DNA from: Pyrinomonadaceae bacterium
GTDB taxonomy: Bacteria; Acidobacteriota; Blastocatellia; Pyrinomonadales; Pyrinomonadaceae
Length of the DNA stretch: 35,354 nt
Direction of reading: 5' to 3'
Assembly: GCA_041493085.1 (NCBI GenBank)
Contig: JBGPYG010000001.1
Coordinates: forward strand, 1 to 35,354
How positions within the stretch are numbered: position 1 is the first letter of the stretch; every line of letters starts with the position of its first letter. This document shows, in pieces, positions 32,881-35,354 of the stretch. Both the position numbers and the translations under genes were made by a program. Under the pieces are notes generated by a model. It searched no databases. It saw only the letters and a program-made list of their open reading frames with translations, and was not told where the DNA came from.

Positions 32881-32897
32881 TAGCAATCTAGGAGAAG
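32881..32897 (+). repeat. Copy 6 of the oriented intergenic motif (sense: TAGCAATCTAGGAGAAG)
   Basis: Matches copy 1 at 15/17 positions. It lies 62 nt upstream of the GTG start at 32960 and points toward it. Confidence 0.45.
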
Positions 32898-32959
32898 AAA
32901 TGAATCCGGGCCTCAACCTAATATCCGTTGACAATGTTGGCTAAAAATAGGAGTTACGC

Positions 32960-33256
32960 GTGCAAATAAAACTACAGGCCATTCCGGGGACAGGGTCATT
33001 GACGGCTGAAAGCGATTTCCCCGCAGGAATGACCTTGGACGTTCACAAACGATATTTGACTCCATTAGGAAATTTCTATACCGATAGTGAGCAGTTTGTT
33101 GCGGAAAACATTGAACGCTTTCCTTCCTTCGGGGTCCGATTCAAGCCCATAGTCGAGAACGCACCACTCAACCACGAAGCCACCGGGAAAGAGGTTGGCT
33201 ACATCAAACTTGGCTGGTTGGTGCCGCTTTTCCACCTTGACCGAGCTGATTTCTAA
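32960..33256 (+). CDS. Hypothetical protein (98 aa)
   Basis: The GTG start has AGGAG (32949-32953) 6 nt upstream. This is the only credible intact plus-strand gene in the window. No recognisable family. Confidence 0.5.
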   Translation: MQIKLQAIPGTGSLTAESDFPAGMTLDVHKRYLTPLGNFYTDSEQFVAENIERFPSFGVRFKPIVENAPLNHEATGKEVGYIKLGWLVPLFHLDRADF

Positions 33257-33509
33257 TCCAAGCTTCCGCTAATTCTGGCGGAGGGGAGAAGAGGAAATCC
33301 TTGAAGATAGTAAAGTATCCCGTAATCCTATAGTTCCCTATGTCGCCGCTCACCCACCCTGTCGCTTCTGAATTTTGATGAATCCTAAACGCTCTAGATC
33401 AGTTCGACCTTTATTGAAGACTGCCCAATCCATCCCCACGATTTCTCTCAATCTATGCAGGTTAATAACTCGGTGAGAGGTTCTTTCGTTTTCCGGAGGA
33501 TGTTAGGGA

Positions 33510-34031
33510 CTAAGCTGTCTGGCATTGAAGCCAACATTGTAAATGGAAGTCCTGAAGGGCTCTTAAATCCTCGGCAATTTGCTGAGAGAGATCGCGTGTC
33601 TGACCTTTCTTAATTGTGCCCACAAGAAAGGCTGCAACGTGCTTTCGTTTATTCTCACTTACGGTACGAGCAACTATCTCAACACAGGTTCCCAACAATT
33701 CGAAGAACTCCTCGGAGTAAAGGAATTCCTTATTAAGTGTTCGTTCTTCCAGATTTGAAACACTTAATACAACGCTTTCAAGCAGCGCTTGGACGCGCCG
33801 CTGATATGAATTTGTGGCCTTCCAAGCAAGTAAAAAATCAGTCGGGCCTCCAAAAGGAAAAAGAAGTTGGATTATTGCACGCAGGATGGGTTCTTTCTCA
33901 TATGCTGTTAGGAATTCACTCAGCAACTCTTTTACTTTTTCTGTGAAGGCACCGGACGAATTGTTCTCAGAAATTTGATTCTCGCCAGGGATTAGCTTCT
34001 CTTCATTCAAAGCAGCAGGAAATGGCTTCAT
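33510..34031 (-). CDS. Hypothetical alpha-helical protein, possibly 3'-decayed
   Basis: The ATG at 34031 has AAAGGA upstream. I recognise no family. Protein-like sequence continues in another frame past the stop (ASMPDSLVPNILRKTKEPLTELLTCID), which suggests a frameshift. Confidence 0.4.
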   Translation of the reverse strand: MKPFPAALNEEKLIPGENQISENNSSGAFTEKVKELLSEFLTAYEKEPILRAIIQLLFPFGGPTDFLLAWKATNSYQRRVQALLESVVLSVSNLEERTLNKEFLYSEEFFELLGTCVEIVARTVSENKRKHVAAFLVGTIKKGQTRDLSQQIAEDLRALQDFHLQCWLQCQTA

Positions 34032-34094
34032 CAAATGGTCCTTTCATCTCATGCGAAGCAAGAAGTTCAGAAGGATTTTTCCTTTCAAGATCAT

Positions 34095-34728
34095 TCAGGA
34101 AAACCGGAAGGCATACTCAGAATTGACTCCGAGCTTTCGCCATTCTGTGTCATCAGTCGATTGTCCCTTGGGATGATCTGAGGAAGACGAGTCAATTCGC
34201 CAAAGTAAGGGCGCTTGGGTCGATGGCAAAGCCTCGAACGTGGGCCTGTCCACTAAAAGTCCTCCAGGCAGCGTTGGCTTCGAGTCGCACGGCCCGCGCG
34301 ACAGTCGACCCAGCGATATCATACCCACCGCCAGGTTTGCGCTTCATGAATATCTCGCCGGAAGCTGCACCGCTACGGAACACACGCATCGCCAACTGCT
34401 GCTTGCGCGTCCGATTATGTTCCTGTGTCGCCCGATGCACTGCTTCCGCGAAGTTGTGTGCTTGTTGCGCCGAGTCGAACACTAAGATCGCGCCATCCCC
34501 TGTTAGAGACATAACGTTCTCTTCGCGCGACGCCTTGGCTGCCCTCAGTCCAGCCTCAATAAAGGACTGGATTTGTTCATTGAGTTGAGCAACCGTGCTC
34601 ACGTCCAGACTCTCTTCGACATTATTGGAAATCGAGCTATACCCTACGAGGTCCAGTTCCAACACGGTTTTCTTTACGGTTTGAGTATCTTCAGTCATTG
34701 TCGAACTAGGAGGTGTGGACCCTAGCAC
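34095..34728 (-). pseudogene. Stand-alone class III nucleotidyl (adenylate/guanylate-type) cyclase domain protein, frameshifted
   Basis: Cyclase motifs are VLELDLVGYSSIS, LTGDGAILVF, FRSGAASGEI and YDIAGSTVARAVRLE. After ...RLEANAA, near 34263-34271, the homologous continuation (PGGLLVDRPTFEAL...KG...) lies in a different frame (track ORF 34095-34328). This implies a 1-nt indel or a sequencing error. Confidence 0.65.
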
Positions 34729-35212
34729 CTGCCGGCATAATCTCTCATTCTCTTATTGTATGCATTGGCCCTTTCGATCGCCTTATTGGTCTCAGGAACA
34801 TCCTTAGCCGTGACAACTATGAAAACGAAGCCGCAGCCAGTTCTTGGAAACGTAACTCGTACTTACTGATCAACGCATCGCGAGCGTTGGCCTATTCGTG
34901 GCCTTTTTTTTCGGGAATGGTGGGAACATCGGGAACGCCGGGAACAGTAGAGGAAGGTCTTAAACCTTTGGACAAGCGGTATGTTGCTATATCATAGCGA
35001 CTTAACAAACACGCGTGCCCGCTTGGCTCAGCAATAGAGCAATCACCTTTAGGTTGCGTGGATAAAGGACTTACAGAACCGCTCCTTGGCCCGTTGCGGA
35101 CATTGTGCGGACTTTTCCTAGAGAGCATGCAACCTCACTAATTAAAGAACTTACCTATACTAAGAAACCGCAAATTGGCAACTCACCTAACCTTGAACCG
35201 CATACCTCTTGA

Positions 35213-35354
35213 CACTTGAGACACACGCCCGGCACTAGAGTACAGAAACTAATTGATATCCTAAATATCGCAAACGCCCTGGGCCACAAAGATCCCAAAA
35301 CAACTGCCCAAGTTTATGTCAATCACACCGAACAAGATTTGGTCGATTTTGCAA
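35213..35354 (+). pseudogene. Tyrosine recombinase (phage-type integrase) C-terminal catalytic fragment, running off the right edge
   Basis: The translation HLRHTPGTRVQKLIDILNIANALGHKDPKTTAQVYVNH carries the H-x-LRHT ... LGH ... TT-x-x-Y signature. A TGA at 35210-35212 directly precedes it, and the upstream frames are broken. Confidence 0.65.

Noticed and set aside
105-32897. Interpreting the recurrent motif as a sigma-54 promoter or as a conserved leader peptide (MSNLGE...)
   Set aside because: For sigma-54, GG-N10-GC spacing fits only copy c2 and fails in the others. For a leader peptide, the would-be start codon varies (GTG, TTG, ATG, AAG, ATA) and c5 would encode only four codons (ATG AGC AAT CCA TGA). 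An ECF-type -35 reading also fails, because nothing is conserved 16-17 nt downstream.
33510-34728. Annotating the cyclase pair as a bona fide Pycsar/CBASS-like defence system
   Set aside because: No effector signature (TIR, TM, cNMP-binding, nuclease) is recognisable in the neighbour, and both genes look frameshifted. It is kept only as a low-interest hypothesis.
34871-34912. Rho-independent terminator on the plus strand (CAACGC-atcgcga-GCGTTG, then GGCC-tattcgt-GGCC followed by T9)
   Set aside because: The hairpins and the T-run are real, but there is no credible plus-strand gene upstream for it to terminate, and the GC stem next to the T-tract is only 4 bp. It is possibly a fossil of the eroded island and is not listed as a feature.
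35018-35054. tRNA gene next to the integrase fragment
   Set aside because: An acceptor 5' strand and a D-arm can be drawn (GCCCGCT TG GCTC AGCAATA GAGC). However, the D-loop lacks GG, the anticodon arm does not close in register, and there is no T-arm/TTC loop or 3' acceptor strand on either strand. At best this is a 5' fossil, so it is not reported as a tRNA feature.

Overview
This 35.4-kb window is coded almost entirely on the minus strand. It looks like a moderately GC-rich environmental, probably soil, bacterium, but the taxon cannot be established from the sequence alone.

The centrepiece (15.7-26.0 kb) is a complete five-gene enediyne-type polyketide warhead cassette. In order it encodes a DUF1702/UnbL-like protein, an FG-GAP + ASPIC/UnbV-like protein, a polytopic UnbU-like membrane protein, a 1948-aa iterative PKSE (KS-AT-ACP-KR-DH-PPTase) and a hot-dog TEBC-type thioesterase. 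The first four genes are joined by 4-nt start/stop overlaps.

Downstream on the same strand lie an AraC-type regulator and then a tight operon. The operon holds a cupin, two paralogous O-methyltransferases, a membrane-anchored diheme cytochrome c, and a molybdenum hydroxylase made of a CoxM-like FAD subunit plus a fused 2Fe-2S/MoCo subunit.

The left end (0.2-6.8 kb) encodes exported proteins:
- a Vgb-like 7-bladed propeller
- an SCO1/SenC copper chaperone
- a Tat-signal multicopper oxidase
- a ScyD/ScyE-like propeller
- a DUF4287 protein

Upstream of the cassette, a sigma-70/ECF-like factor and a short zf-HC2 anti-sigma gene are separated by a decayed IS3-family element.

The right end (28.6-35.4 kb) looks more AT-rich by eye and is decayed. 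It contains a 5'-truncated APC permease, a frameshifted class III nucleotidyl cyclase, and an integrase fragment with an in-frame stop next to a tRNA-like 5' half. It also contains an AhpD/CMD-family gene whose in-frame TGA sits at the CxxC cysteine position and is followed by a strong hairpin, which makes it a candidate selenoprotein.

A conserved oriented motif of about 25 nt (core GCAATC-N3-RAGAAG) occurs six times, always in non-coding DNA and always pointing toward the downstream gene.

No rRNA, intact tRNA or CRISPR array was seen.
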